In this document: positions 7,924 to 17,024 of the stretch, in pieces | How positions within the stretch are numbered: the stretch's first letter is position 1 | How the letters are laid out: every line of letters begins with the position of its first letter | From: Candidatus Saccharimonadota bacterium | Lineage (GTDB): Bacteria; Pseudomonadota; Alphaproteobacteria; CAJXXZ01; 1604HC | Direction: 5' to 3' | NCBI RefSeq assembly: GCF_008189285.1 | Contig: NZ_CP043315.1 | Location: 540,001-572,000, forward strand | Length of the DNA stretch: 32,000 bases | The notes under the pieces: model-generated | Told to the model about the DNA's origin: nothing | The model's input: only the letters and a program-made list of their open reading frames with translations | Database searches by the model: none | Position numbers and translations under genes: made by a program

Positions 7924-8892
7924 TCAAGACCATTTCCTTTTAATTATTCCGGTCCTCCATACTGCTGCAAAAATCACAGATAGCGGCAATGTTAATATAA
8001 TACCGCTAATTCCAAGTAATTTTCCAAAAATTAACAACAGTATAAATAAAAATAAAGGATGTATTCCCGCTTTTCTTCCTATAAATAATTGAACCATAAA
8101 AACATTTTCCAATACAAATCCAAGGCTTAAAATAGCAAATGAATATATCATAAATTCTGAGAAAAATGGTTGATAACCAGATAAAATACTAAACATAATG
8201 ATAAATGAAATCATGTCTCCAATATATGGAATTATTGATAAAATACTAAATAAACAAGACAGTAAAAAGGCAAATGGCATATTGATATAACTTAATGCCA
8301 TAAAGTAATATGCAAATAAAGTTAATGTAACTAACATTTGTCCATAAATCCATATTTTCAATGAATGCATAATGTCTTCGAAAAGTATATTTGCCGTACT
8401 TTTATATTGCTCTGGAACAATGCTAAGAAATCTTGGCCTCCATAGCTCCCAATCTTTCAACATATAAAAACACATCATAATGACAGAAATAAATTGTAAG
8501 ACTAAATTTACCAAATCATAACCATATCCAGATGCAACAACAACAGCTTTTTGCAAACTATCTTTACTAAGAAGCATATTGCTTAAGGGTTGTTGGCCAT
8601 AATCATCCAAAATATGCGCATATTTATCAATGACTAATCTATATACTAATTGAAGAAATTTAAATAATTCAATTGCCTGCATGTAAAGTTTTGGTACTGA
8701 ATAAATTAATAACAATACCAATAAAATAGCAGCAATAAACACAGATAATAAAGCAGATAAAAATCTAGAAAATCCTATTTTCACTAATTTTTCATAAATT
8801 GGAGACAGAACATATGCAAGAAGAAAAGAAGAGAAAACAAGGGTTATAATATCTAAAAAATAAAATGCAATTCCAGTTGCAATAATGTTCAT
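7924..8892 (-). CDS. AI-2E/PerM (UPF0118) family membrane transporter
   Basis: ORF track. 322 aa with about 7-8 hydrophobic helices. The IIPYIGDMISF motif is typical of the family. A 4-nt ATGA overlap joins it to upstream pgsA. Confidence 0.7.
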   Translation of the reverse strand: MNIIATGIAFYFLDIITLVFSSFLLAYVLSPIYEKLVKIGFSRFLSALLSVFIAAILLVLLLIYSVPKLYMQAIELFKFLQLVYRLVIDKYAHILDDYGQQPLSNMLLSKDSLQKAVVVASGYGYDLVNLVLQFISVIMMCFYMLKDWELWRPRFLSIVPEQYKSTANILFEDIMHSLKIWIYGQMLVTLTLFAYYFMALSYINMPFAFLLSCLFSILSIIPYIGDMISFIIMFSILSGYQPFFSEFMIYSFAILSLGFVLENVFMVQLFIGRKAGIHPLFLFILLLIFGKLLGISGIILTLPLSVIFAAVWRTGIIKRKWS

Positions 8893-9404
8893 TTAATCAG
8901 CCTTCTGCAATAATCTAATATATTGAAAATCATAAATACTATGCATATCAAATACATTCTCCTCATGCAGAGTTGGCAATCTTCATATAAAGATAAAATT
9001 ATTGTTGATCCAATTATAACAGCAGTCAATTTTCCAGACCAACTTGCTTTGAAATTATTAATTCCATTTATAAACATAAATATAAATGCACTGAAAAACA
9101 TCATATCTCTTGCTATGCATACAAATAAGAACCATTTAGGAATAATGCTGCTCAAATACAAGCGAGATAAAATCAACATCCAGAATATTTTGTCTGATAT
9201 TGGATCAATTATTTCCCCTAATCTTGAACATAGTCCAAATTGCCTAGCTATAAATCCATCCAACACATCGCTAAATGCTCCAATGAACAAAAATATAACC
9301 GCATAACTTTCTGGGTATAAGCAAAAAAAAGATATTCCAAAGAAAATTCTAGAAATGCTTATTAAATTTGGTATTGCCATAATTGGCATGAATACCATTA
9401 GCAA
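8889..9404 (-). CDS. pgsA: CDP-alcohol phosphatidyltransferase (phosphatidylglycerophosphate synthase-like)
   Basis: ORF track. The signature D-x2-DG-x2-AR-x8-G-x3-D-x3-D is seen as [26 protein letters not shown]. 171 aa, multi-TM. Confidence 0.8.
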   Translation of the reverse strand: MLMVFMPIMAIPNLISISRIFFGISFFCLYPESYAVIFLFIGAFSDVLDGFIARQFGLCSRLGEIIDPISDKIFWMLILSRLYLSSIIPKWFLFVCIARDMMFFSAFIFMFINGINNFKASWSGKLTAVIIGSTIILSLYEDCQLCMRRMYLICIVFMIFNILDYCRRLIK

Positions 9405-9814
9405 ATTTCCAGATCAGAAAAGAAGAAAGAGATTTCTCTGTTAGCGCTTTCTTCTGAATCTGAACCATGCACAGCATTGTTGTCGATAGAATCTCCATAC
9501 ATTTTTCTGATTGTTCCGTTATCAGACTCTGATGGATTTGTAGCTCCCATTAGATCTCTATTTGCTTTAATTGAATTTTCTCTTTCCAAAACTTGAACAA
9601 TTACAGGTCCAGAACACATAAAATCACATAAATCCCCATAAAACGGTCTTGCAGAATGCTCTTTATAGAATTCTTCAGCTTGTTTTTTAGACAAATGAAT
9701 CTTCTTCATTGCAACTATATTGAATCCATTGGACTCGAACATGCTTATAATATTTCCAGACACGCCTTTTTTAACTGCGTCAGGCTTAATAATAGATAAA
9801 GTTTTTAAAATCAT
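9398..9814 (-). CDS. ndk: Nucleoside diphosphate kinase
   Basis: ORF track. 138 aa with [29 protein letters not shown]. Confidence 0.93.
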   Translation of the reverse strand: MILKTLSIIKPDAVKKGVSGNIISMFESNGFNIVAMKKIHLSKKQAEEFYKEHSARPFYGDLCDFMCSGPVIVQVLERENSIKANRDLMGATNPSESDNGTIRKMYGDSIDNNAVHGSDSEESANREISFFFSDLEIC

Positions 9815-9902
9815 AATAAAATTCTATCGTGTTCCTAAAATTAATTCAATTCAATTGAAACATTTCCTATATTGAAATGCTAAAAACTCATTATAAATTA
9901 TT

Positions 9903-10625
9903 TTATATTTCAAACATTACTGGAACATGATCGCTTGGTCTTTCCATTTTTCTGTAATGCTGCAAAGTTTTCAGTTTCCCTGAAACATTTTTAGATAATA
10001 TATAATCTATTCTCAAGCCTTCATTAGGCCTTCTATAATCCCACCAAGTAAAATCATTTTTTCCATCAGATATTTCATGGCAATCATCAAATTCAGCATC
10101 AAACACTTTTTGCATTCCATTTCTAACTTCATCTGTGCATAATACACTTCCAATCCATTTTGCAGGAGTTTGCATATCATCATCAGACATTGCAACATTG
10201 AAATCCCCTCCTATAATTGCACTTTCTTCGCCCTTCCATCTCGATGCAATAGATCCTAAAAATTCTTGCTTGTACTTATATGCTTCATCAGACTTATTTC
10301 CACATGGAACATATGCAGAAACTACATAATGTCCATTTGTAAATCCTTCAATATATCTTGCTTCTGTAGAATCATCTAAATCCCATTTCACATTCTCTAT
10401 AGGATATTTTGAAATAATAGCAACTCCATTATAAGTTTTTTGACCATGTATAGCTAAATGATAATTATGAGATTCAAAAAAATCTTTTGGGAAAAATTCA
10501 TTCATGCACTTCGTCTCTTGCAGCAATATAACATCAGGATTTTCTTCTGCAATTAATTGCTCTATTAATGGCAACCTCACCCTTACAGAATTAACATTCC
10601 ATGTAACAATTTTCATATTTATCAT
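9903..10625 (-). CDS. xthA: Exodeoxyribonuclease III (the start may be the second ATG at 10616)
   Basis: ORF track. MKIVTWNVNSVRVRL..DVILLQETK..GDFNV..DYRRPN..RIDYIL..SDHVPV are ExoIII/EEP family motifs. Confidence 0.9.
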   Translation of the reverse strand: MINMKIVTWNVNSVRVRLPLIEQLIAEENPDVILLQETKCMNEFFPKDFFESHNYHLAIHGQKTYNGVAIISKYPIENVKWDLDDSTEARYIEGFTNGHYVVSAYVPCGNKSDEAYKYKQEFLGSIASRWKGEESAIIGGDFNVAMSDDDMQTPAKWIGSVLCTDEVRNGMQKVFDAEFDDCHEISDGKNDFTWWDYRRPNEGLRIDYILSKNVSGKLKTLQHYRKMERPSDHVPVMFEI

Positions 10626-10744
10626 ATTATCACGTTCTTTAATTTAGTAGTAACAGCTCTCAAAAAAGATATCGCCATAAATATTAGAAATTTGTCAAGA
10701 AATTGTATTGATTTTGGAGCGCTGGATTAGTATGATGTTTATGT

Positions 10745-10815
10745 TGGGGTATAGCCAAGCGGTAAGGCATCGGGTTTTGGTCTCGTGATCCTAGGTTCGA
10801 ATCCTAGTACCCCAG
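10745..10815 (+). tRNA. tRNA-Gln (anticodon UUG)
   Basis: Hand-folded. Acceptor TGGGGTA/TACCCCA, T-arm CTAGG-TTCGAAT-CCTAG, and anticodon loop TTTTGGT with TTG at positions 34-36. CCA is not encoded. Confidence 0.85.
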
Positions 10816-10907
10816 CAATTTTCAAATATCATTATATTTCAGCAAAGATAAAATATCATTAGATTTCAATAAAACAAATAAATTATATAAATATTGCCCA
10901 TTTTGCA

Positions 10908-11235
10908 GCTATGAATCGAAAAACGCTTCTCTCTTTCGTTCTTGCTTCGCTATGAATCGAAAATCGCTTCTCTCTTTCGTTCTTGCTTCGCTATGAATCG
11001 AAAATCGCTTCTCTCTTTCGTTCTTGCTTCGCTATGAATCGAAAATCGCTTCTCTCTTTCGTTCTTGCTTCGCTATGAATCGAAAATCGCTTCTCTCTTT
11101 CGTTCTTGCTTCGCTATGAATCGAAAATCGCTTCTCTCTTTCGTTCTTGCTTCGCTATGAATCGAAAATCGCTTCTCTCTTTCGTTCTTGCTTCGCTATG
11201 AATCGAAATTCGTTTCTCTCTTTCGTTCTTGCTTA
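10908..11235 (+). repeat. Tandem array, 8 x 41 bp (gctatgaatcgaaaatcgcttctctctttcgttcttgcttc)
   Basis: The unit ATGs sit at 10911, 10952, 10993, 11034, 11075, 11116, 11157 and 11198, an exact 41-bp period. Six units are identical, the first has 1 substitution and the last has 3. Confidence 0.97.
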
Positions 11236-11274
11236 TCTCATAATTATCATCAACCATTTAATTGCAAAATCACC

Positions 11275-11280
11275 TATAAT
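11275..11280 (+). promoter_or_regulatory. Perfect TATAAT hexamer 6 nt upstream of the dnaQ ATG (possible leaderless-mRNA promoter)
   Basis: The sequence reads cacctataatacgattATG. No Shine-Dalgarno lies between, and no good -35 was seen. Confidence 0.25.
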
Positions 11281-11286
11281 ACGATT

Positions 11287-11928
11287 ATGAATATTATAGT
11301 TCTAGATACGGAAACCACTGGATTAAGCAGATCAACAGATAGGATCGTAGAAATAGGATGCATAGAATTAAATAATTTTGAATATACTGGAAGAAAATTA
11401 CACTTGTATATCAATCCGGAACAAGAAATGGGAGAAGAAGTACAAAAAATTCATGGAATAACTAATCAATTCCTTAAAGATAAGCCTGTCTTTAAAGATG
11501 TATATGAACAATTTCTAGACTTTGTAAAAGACTCAACTATAGTTGCTCATAATGCAAAATTTGATATGGGATTCCTAAACGCTGAGCTTTCAAGGCAAAA
11601 GCAAGAAAATTTAAGTAATAAAGTTGTAGATACTTTAGCTGTAGCGAGAAAAATGTTTCCAGGATCTCCTGCAAACTTAAATGCATTAGCTAAAAGATTC
11701 AATATTTCACTTCATGAAAGAACATTGCATGGAGCGCTGATTGATGCAAAAATATTGTCGAAAGTATATGTATCTCTTTATGCGCCAAAGCAACAGTCTC
11801 TTTTTGTTGAAGAAAAGAAAATAAAAACTGTATCTGGGAAAATTGAAAGATCTGAGAGCAAATTAACTGTTTCTGAAGAAGAAATGGATGCGCATAATAG
11901 TATTATGGATCAATTGAGGCAGAAATGA
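11287..11928 (+). CDS. dnaQ: DNA polymerase III epsilon subunit (3'-5' proofreading exonuclease)
   Basis: ORF track 11188..11928. I place the start at ATG 11287 (MNIIVLDTETTGL), because the upstream 33 codons lie inside the tandem repeat. The Exo motifs DTETTG, HNAKFDMGFL and HGALIDAKIL are present. Confidence 0.9.
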   Translation: MNIIVLDTETTGLSRSTDRIVEIGCIELNNFEYTGRKLHLYINPEQEMGEEVQKIHGITNQFLKDKPVFKDVYEQFLDFVKDSTIVAHNAKFDMGFLNAELSRQKQENLSNKVVDTLAVARKMFPGSPANLNALAKRFNISLHERTLHGALIDAKILSKVYVSLYAPKQQSLFVEEKKIKTVSGKIERSESKLTVSEEEMDAHNSIMDQLRQK

Positions 11929-13016
11929 ATAATGATTGCAATATAGCTGATGATGAAAAAAATAATGCAATTGATAATGCAAAAAACCATGTAATTGATA
12001 ATGCAGTTTTTATAGATAATAAAGTTGATTTAGATAACTTTATAATCACGCTTGAAGCTCCAGAAATAATATATTTTGACACTGAATTTCATCGCAGAAA
12101 CACTTATTGGTCTACATTATGCTTAATACAATTAAAAATAAATAATAAAATTGCCATTATTGATGCTCAAAAAGTAGAAATAAAAAATACTCTTATAGCA
12201 GAAATGTTTGCAAATTCTGAAATTCTTAAAGTATGCCACGCATGCGAACAAGATTTAAACGTTCTTAAACATGCTGAAATTAGCATAGAAAATTGCTTTG
12301 ACACTCAAATAGCAGCTTCATTTTGTCAATTAGGACACAATATGTCATATCAAAATCTTACAAAGCAAATTGTAGATGTAGAATTAGAAAAAAAATACCA
12401 AGATGCAATATGGAATGTTAGGCCACTTACAAAAGAAATGCTCGAATATGCAAAATATGATGTGATGTATCTTGATGTTATATTTAAATCATTATCATGT
12501 AAATTAAAAAATACAAATAGATATGAATGGGTTAAAGAAGAAGTATCAAATATTAAATATAACCCAAAGAAAAAATCTATGATTCATTTGTGGAGAGATA
12601 AATTAGCACAGAAAAAAAATATTCCACCTGGATGGATCCTGAACAATAAAATTCTTCATTCAATATCATGTGAAACAGATAGAAATAAAATAAAATCTAT
12701 GATTCCAGATAAATTGCAAATATACTTGCAGGATATAATGGATATTTTAAATTCCAGCACAAAACAAAAAGATAACATTGATGCTAATTTGCAAAATGCG
12801 CTACATATATTAATTAAAATTATTGCTGAAAATGAGAATATTCCTGCAAGCTGGCTTTGTAGCTCTGAGCAAGTAAGATTTATATGCGCAAATGGAAAAT
12901 TACAATATAAATATGGATGGAGATATGAAATGCTAAATCAATCGATAAATGATTTCTTAAATGACAAAATTAGCATATCATGCAAAAATAACAAAATGCA
13001 TATTAAAAATAAGTAA
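11925..13016 (+). CDS. rnd: Ribonuclease D (DEDDy 3'-5' exonuclease + HRDC-like C-terminus)
   Basis: ORF track. YFDTEFHRRNTYWSTLCLIQL, CHACEQDL and YAKYDVMYL are RNase D motifs. A 4-nt overlap joins it to dnaQ. The N/D-rich N-terminal extension contains an internal direct repeat. Confidence 0.85.
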   Translation: MNNDCNIADDEKNNAIDNAKNHVIDNAVFIDNKVDLDNFIITLEAPEIIYFDTEFHRRNTYWSTLCLIQLKINNKIAIIDAQKVEIKNTLIAEMFANSEILKVCHACEQDLNVLKHAEISIENCFDTQIAASFCQLGHNMSYQNLTKQIVDVELEKKYQDAIWNVRPLTKEMLEYAKYDVMYLDVIFKSLSCKLKNTNRYEWVKEEVSNIKYNPKKKSMIHLWRDKLAQKKNIPPGWILNNKILHSISCETDRNKIKSMIPDKLQIYLQDIMDILNSSTKQKDNIDANLQNALHILIKIIAENENIPASWLCSSEQVRFICANGKLQYKYGWRYEMLNQSINDFLNDKISISCKNNKMHIKNK

Positions 13017-13132
13017 TCCATAATTTTCTAAATTTATTAATTTATATAAAATTTATGATTTATGCCATGAAATTAATTAATATAATTCAAATCATCAAAA
13101 TAAAGAGATAATCCAAAATGGAGAAACGATAT

Positions 13133-13344
13133 TGTTCCACATGGAACAGTAAATTTACAATTGTTTTTTGCTGATAAGTGTTCCACATGGAACAATGAAT
13201 CCCTCAATGCATTCTTCAGAAAATGCTCCACATGGAACATATCTTGTCACATTAATAATTTCATAAACTTTCATTTTTATAAGATATTTTACAAAAGCTA
13301 ATAAATCATTCAACATTCTTAATGCCTTTGTTCCACATAGAACA
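13133..13344. repeat. Cluster of four palindrome-family copies (13133-13148, 13179-13194, 13224-13239, 13329-13344)
   Basis: TGTTCCACATGGAACA occurs twice perfectly. The other two copies are TGcTCCACATGGAACA and TGTTCCACATaGAACA. All lie in the convergent rnd/yebC spacer. Confidence 0.9.
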
Positions 13345-13374
13345 TTTGTTAATTGCTATATTTGATAAGTGTAA

Positions 13375-14073
13375 TTATATATTAGAGCAATTATGCCAAA
13401 CATTTTGAACATCATCATGATCTTCCATTATATCAATGAAATTTTTCACTTTTTCTATATCTTCAGCATCAATTTTACTTGTTGTCTTGTATGCTGATTC
13501 ACAAATAATTTCACTAAATTTGCTTTCAAGCGCATTCTGAATGTTAAATAAATCTGAGAAATTAGCAATTACATTAATTCCATCATCTTCATAAATATCA
13601 TCAATATCAAAATCTGCAAGCAATTCCAATACATCATCTTCACTAACTTTCTCATCATTTGTGCTTTTAATATTTGCCAATGCGATATGCTCAAACATAA
13701 ATGATAAATCATTAAGTCCAGATCCATATTTATTAAATAAAACTTTTAATTCTGTAAATGTTCTATTGCTATTATCTGTAATTCCTTCAATAAGAAATGC
13801 TATTTTCCCAGGCCCATATCCTGTATATTTTACTTCTATATCGGCATTCTTATCAGCAGCTTTATTGATAGCATTTTTAATATTATCTTTGGGCATATTA
13901 GCCCTTCTTGCTGCCTCTAATGCCGTTCTAAGAGAAGGATTCATCTTAGGGTCAGTCCCATTCCGAGCTGCTATAGTAAGAATTTTTCCTATTTTTGTAA
14001 AAACTTTAGCTCTTTTTGAGTCTTGTCTTTCTTTTCTATGTTTAATATTATGAAATTTCGAATGACCAGCCAT
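13375..14073 (-). CDS. yebC: YebC/PmpR family DNA-binding transcriptional regulator
   Basis: ORF track. MAGHSKFHNIKHRKERQDSKRAKVFTK..DPKMNPSLRTALEAARRANMPKDNI is the family hallmark. Confidence 0.92.
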   Translation of the reverse strand: MAGHSKFHNIKHRKERQDSKRAKVFTKIGKILTIAARNGTDPKMNPSLRTALEAARRANMPKDNIKNAINKAADKNADIEVKYTGYGPGKIAFLIEGITDNSNRTFTELKVLFNKYGSGLNDLSFMFEHIALANIKSTNDEKVSEDDVLELLADFDIDDIYEDDGINVIANFSDLFNIQNALESKFSEIICESAYKTTSKIDAEDIEKVKNFIDIMEDHDDVQNVWHNCSNI

Positions 14074-14140
14074 GATTTCATTCTATCATTTTATAAAATT
14101 GCAATCTATTGCCTGGAACCAAACAAGCATTAACGAATTA

Positions 14141-14893
14141 TCAAGCAAAATCTGCGCAATAATTCAACGGATTATCTGTATATTCGCTAGTGTATTGAGG
14201 TTGATCTGACTCCTCGCTTAAAGCTCTATTTAGATTCTGTAAGTAATCAGGAACAGAAGGATTTGGCAATCTTGGAGAAGCAACTGATTCAGTCAACTCT
14301 ACATCTTCATAAATCTCTTCTTCTGCCCCTGTAAAGTTTAATCTTCTCGCAGCTACATCTTGCTCATAAGATGACAAAGAAAGGCAATCAATCAAATTAT
14401 TCACTAAAAGATCTGCAGAATCTTCTTCAGATAACAAAGTAGGAGCACTACAAGAATCTGATGAATCACTGCATGATGAAAAACTTTCTAAAGCAGGAAT
14501 ACTTGATAAATCACTGGCATCACAAGACATTGGAATTAAATTAGGCATATCCAAATTTAATAATTCGCTTAATAATTCACTTGATATTTCATTATTAGGC
14601 AAATATGCATTATTTGCTGGCTTCCACTCTATTTCTTCTTCAGAAATCGGATCCAATGAATTGACTTCATTTGTTTCTTTTATCCAATTTGCGCAAGATT
14701 CAACTTTATCTAAATCTTCGCTTATTTCATTTACCATTGCTTCTGAAGTTGTATTTTTTCCTATAAATGTATATGGATTATGATTAAATAATTCATTATT
14801 TAAGTCATCATCTGTAGCGCAAATACTACTTGCCAATATTATTAATATACTATTTTTTAACATAACTATACTATAACATAAATTAATATTCAA
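14141..14893 (-). CDS. Hypothetical secreted acidic Ser/Asp/Glu-rich protein
   Basis: ORF track. There is a signal-peptide-like N-terminus (MLKNSILIILASSICA, from the second Met). The rest is acidic and low in complexity, with no recognisable domain. Confidence 0.6.
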   Translation of the reverse strand: MNINLCYSIVMLKNSILIILASSICATDDDLNNELFNHNPYTFIGKNTTSEAMVNEISEDLDKVESCANWIKETNEVNSLDPISEEEIEWKPANNAYLPNNEISSELLSELLNLDMPNLIPMSCDASDLSSIPALESFSSCSDSSDSCSAPTLLSEEDSADLLVNNLIDCLSLSSYEQDVAARRLNFTGAEEEIYEDVELTESVASPRLPNPSVPDYLQNLNRALSEESDQPQYTSEYTDNPLNYCADFA

Positions 14894-15077
14894 AGTAAAG
14901 AAATAATTAAATTATTATTTAATCAATACTGAAAAATACATAATAAGTAATAGTTTATACTATTCTTTGATAATATAGAAATAGCAAATAAGTTGATTAA
15001 TATAAACAAAATGAAAGAAATGGGAATTTGAAAATAAAGATAGTAAAATAGCAAATTGCTATAATATACAATACAAT

Positions 15078-15914
15078 ATGCATCATATGAAAGTAAAAAT
15101 TGAGCCATACAATTCAAACTGGATTAAACAATTTGAAATCGAAGAATGTAAAATTAAATCATCATTAGGGAAAAATTTAATATCTATTCATCACATTGGA
15201 TCTACAGCAATTCCAGAATTATCTGCAAAACCTATAATAGATATAATTGTAGAAATTGATAACTTAGAATTTGAGCACAAAGACTTAGAATGCTTGAATT
15301 ATGAATACAGAGGTGGATTCAATTTACCTTTGAGAAAATGCTTTACTTACAGATCGTCAAAATTAAATATTAATCTTCATATTTTTGAGAAAAATAATCC
15401 AGAAATAGAGCTAAACTTATTATTTTGCGATCATTTAAAAAATAATGATAACAATAAAGAAGAATATGAAAAGTTAAAATACAAACTTATTAAAAATGCA
15501 AAATCACATCAGAAAGATAATTCAATGTTTAAAAATTATACTTTAGGAAAACATGATTTTATAAAAGAAATATTGAAAAAGACAAAATTTAATCGTTTGA
15601 GATTTGTAATATGCGCGCATTTTGAAGAATTAAATGCAGCAAAGAAATATCGTAATGAGTATATTAGAAACGATAAATATGAACTCACTTTTCATGACGA
15701 AGATCACAAGCATTTTATTTTGTATGAAGGAATTAAAATTATTGGATATTCTCATATTCAACTGAAATTTGAAAAAAGAGCTATAATGCACATAATTGTA
15801 ATAGATAAGAATAATTGCACCCAATCAAATTATGATAAAAATTACATCAAAGAATTTCTATTTTTAATTGATAAATGGCTAAAACTGCAAAATTATATAA
15901 GATATGACAAATAG
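15078..15914 (+). CDS. GrpB (UPF0157) nucleotidyltransferase-fold domain fused to a degenerate GNAT-like C-terminal domain
   Basis: ORF track. The N-terminal half (VKIEPYNSNWIKQFE..IHHIGSTAIPELSAKPIIDIIVEI) matches GrpB. The C-terminal ~100 aa (HFILYEGIKIIGYSHIQL..AIMHIIVIDKN) resembles small GNATs but lacks the R/Q-x-x-G-x-G/A motif. Confidence 0.65.
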   Translation: MHHMKVKIEPYNSNWIKQFEIEECKIKSSLGKNLISIHHIGSTAIPELSAKPIIDIIVEIDNLEFEHKDLECLNYEYRGGFNLPLRKCFTYRSSKLNINLHIFEKNNPEIELNLLFCDHLKNNDNNKEEYEKLKYKLIKNAKSHQKDNSMFKNYTLGKHDFIKEILKKTKFNRLRFVICAHFEELNAAKKYRNEYIRNDKYELTFHDEDHKHFILYEGIKIIGYSHIQLKFEKRAIMHIIVIDKNNCTQSNYDKNYIKEFLFLIDKWLKLQNYIRYDK

Positions 15915-15955
15915 ATTTTTCCTGAAAACTGCATTATATATTATATTTTTGAAAA

Positions 15956-15971
15956 TGTTCCATGTGGAACA
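15956..15971. repeat. Palindrome family copy TGTTCCATGTGGAACA
   Basis: Read directly from the sequence; intergenic. Confidence 0.9.
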
Positions 15972-16050
15972 AGAGCTCAACTTTTTAATTAGATAGATAA
16001 TTTTGAATATATTTTGTTTATTGTTTTGTTTATTGACCTGAATACTCAAC

Positions 16051-16070
16051 ATTGTTCTACGTGGAACAAT
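16051..16070. repeat. Palindrome family copy ATTGTTCtACGTGGAACAAT (one mismatch)
   Basis: Read directly from the sequence; intergenic. Confidence 0.85.
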
Positions 16071-16132
16071 TTGTTTTTACATCACTTGTAAAAATTTAAA
16101 ATTTGTTTGCAATGCCAGTCAAAAAATACTTT

Positions 16133-16168
16133 ATGCATTGATGCATTGCTCAATTTGCATCAATGCAT
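16133..16168. terminator. 13-bp perfect-stem hairpin, candidate bidirectional terminator between convergent GrpB-like gene and rnpA
   Basis: The arms are ATGCATTGATGCA (16133-16145) and TGCATCAATGCAT (16156-16168), with a 10-nt loop. An A-run lies upstream and TAATTTT lies downstream. Confidence 0.5.
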
Positions 16169-16351
16169 TAATTTTCAAACCCAACTCAATATGAAGAACT
16201 TTACATCAAATGACCTGCGATCGATAATTTTATTTATTGATATTTTCTTCATTAATATGAAGATTTTGCATAAAATTGACAATTTTATAGACGTTTAATT
16301 ATTTTATAGATATTAAATTAAGTGAGACAATATGCATTTTGCACATTTTTA

Positions 16352-16681
16352 TTAACAAAATTTCTTTGTAAAAACACTTAGTACACATTCAAATAATTCT
16401 GAGAATTTTACATTGAAAGATTCTTTTTTCAAAACAATAACGATATTTTTCTTGATTTCTGTTTGAAATGTGCTTAAAGATAAGTCTATAGCACTTCTCA
16501 TTCTTCTTCTGCATTTATTCCTAAACACAGCATTGCCTAACTTTTTACTCGTTATAATTCCTATGCACAATTGAGATTCATTATCCATATGGCGCACAGT
16601 AAAAAATTGAGTAAAGAACGGCTTACTTTTTTTAATTTCTCTAAAGATAGATTTCTTATTTAAAGCAAGATACTTTCTCAC
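16352..16681 (-). CDS. rnpA: Ribonuclease P protein component
   Basis: ORF track (GTG start). ITSKKLGNAVFRNKCRRRMRSAI is the RnpA RNR-like motif. It lies immediately downstream of rpmH. Confidence 0.88.
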   Translation of the reverse strand: MRKYLALNKKSIFREIKKSKPFFTQFFTVRHMDNESQLCIGIITSKKLGNAVFRNKCRRRMRSAIDLSLSTFQTEIKKNIVIVLKKESFNVKFSELFECVLSVFTKKFC

Positions 16682-16816
16682 CTAAGCTGAAATCTTAATT
16701 CTACCTTTTCTTCTTCTAGCAGCTAAAATATTCCTACCGCTTTTGGAAGACATTCTTTCTCTAAATCCATGTCTTCTTTTTCTTACCAATTTACTTGGTT
16801 GATACGTACGTTTCAT
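16682..16816 (-). CDS. rpmH: 50S ribosomal protein L34
   Basis: Below the ORF-track size cutoff. Hand translation of the reverse strand from ATG 16816 gives [44 protein letters not shown]. Confidence 0.95.
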   Translation of the reverse strand: MKRTYQPSKLVRKRRHGFRERMSSKSGRNILAARRRKGRIKISA

Positions 16817-16936
16817 ATCATTATTTTCGCCACTTTCAAGCAATATGTCAATAATAATTTAAAATTTATAAACAATTTTTGCATTTTAGAGAAAATTATA
16901 TTGTAAAACAAACAATAAAAGAGTAAAATCCATTCT

Positions 16937-17024
16937 GGAGAGGTGGCCGAGAGGCTTATGGCGGCGGTTTGCTAAACCGTTATACGTTTTCAGCGTATCG
17001 AGGGTTCGAATCCCTTCCTTTCCG
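16937..17024 (+). tRNA. tRNA-Ser (anticodon GCU), long variable arm
   Basis: Hand-folded. Acceptor GGAGAGG/CCTTTCC, anticodon stem-loop GCGGT-TTGCTAA-ACCGT, a long extra arm, and T-arm GAGGG-TTCGAAT-CCCTT. Confidence 0.9.

Noticed and set aside
11188-11286. The N-terminal 33-codon extension of dnaQ suggested by the ORF track (TTG start inside the last 41-bp repeat).
   Set aside because: The extension is repeat and spacer sequence with no homology to epsilon. The canonical MNIIVLDTETTGL N-terminus starts at ATG 11287.
16107-16298. A 63-aa plus-strand ORF lies between the GrpB-like gene and rnpA.
   Set aside because: It contains the 13-bp-stem hairpin, has no RBS and shows AT-rich codon noise. 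It is most likely spacer.
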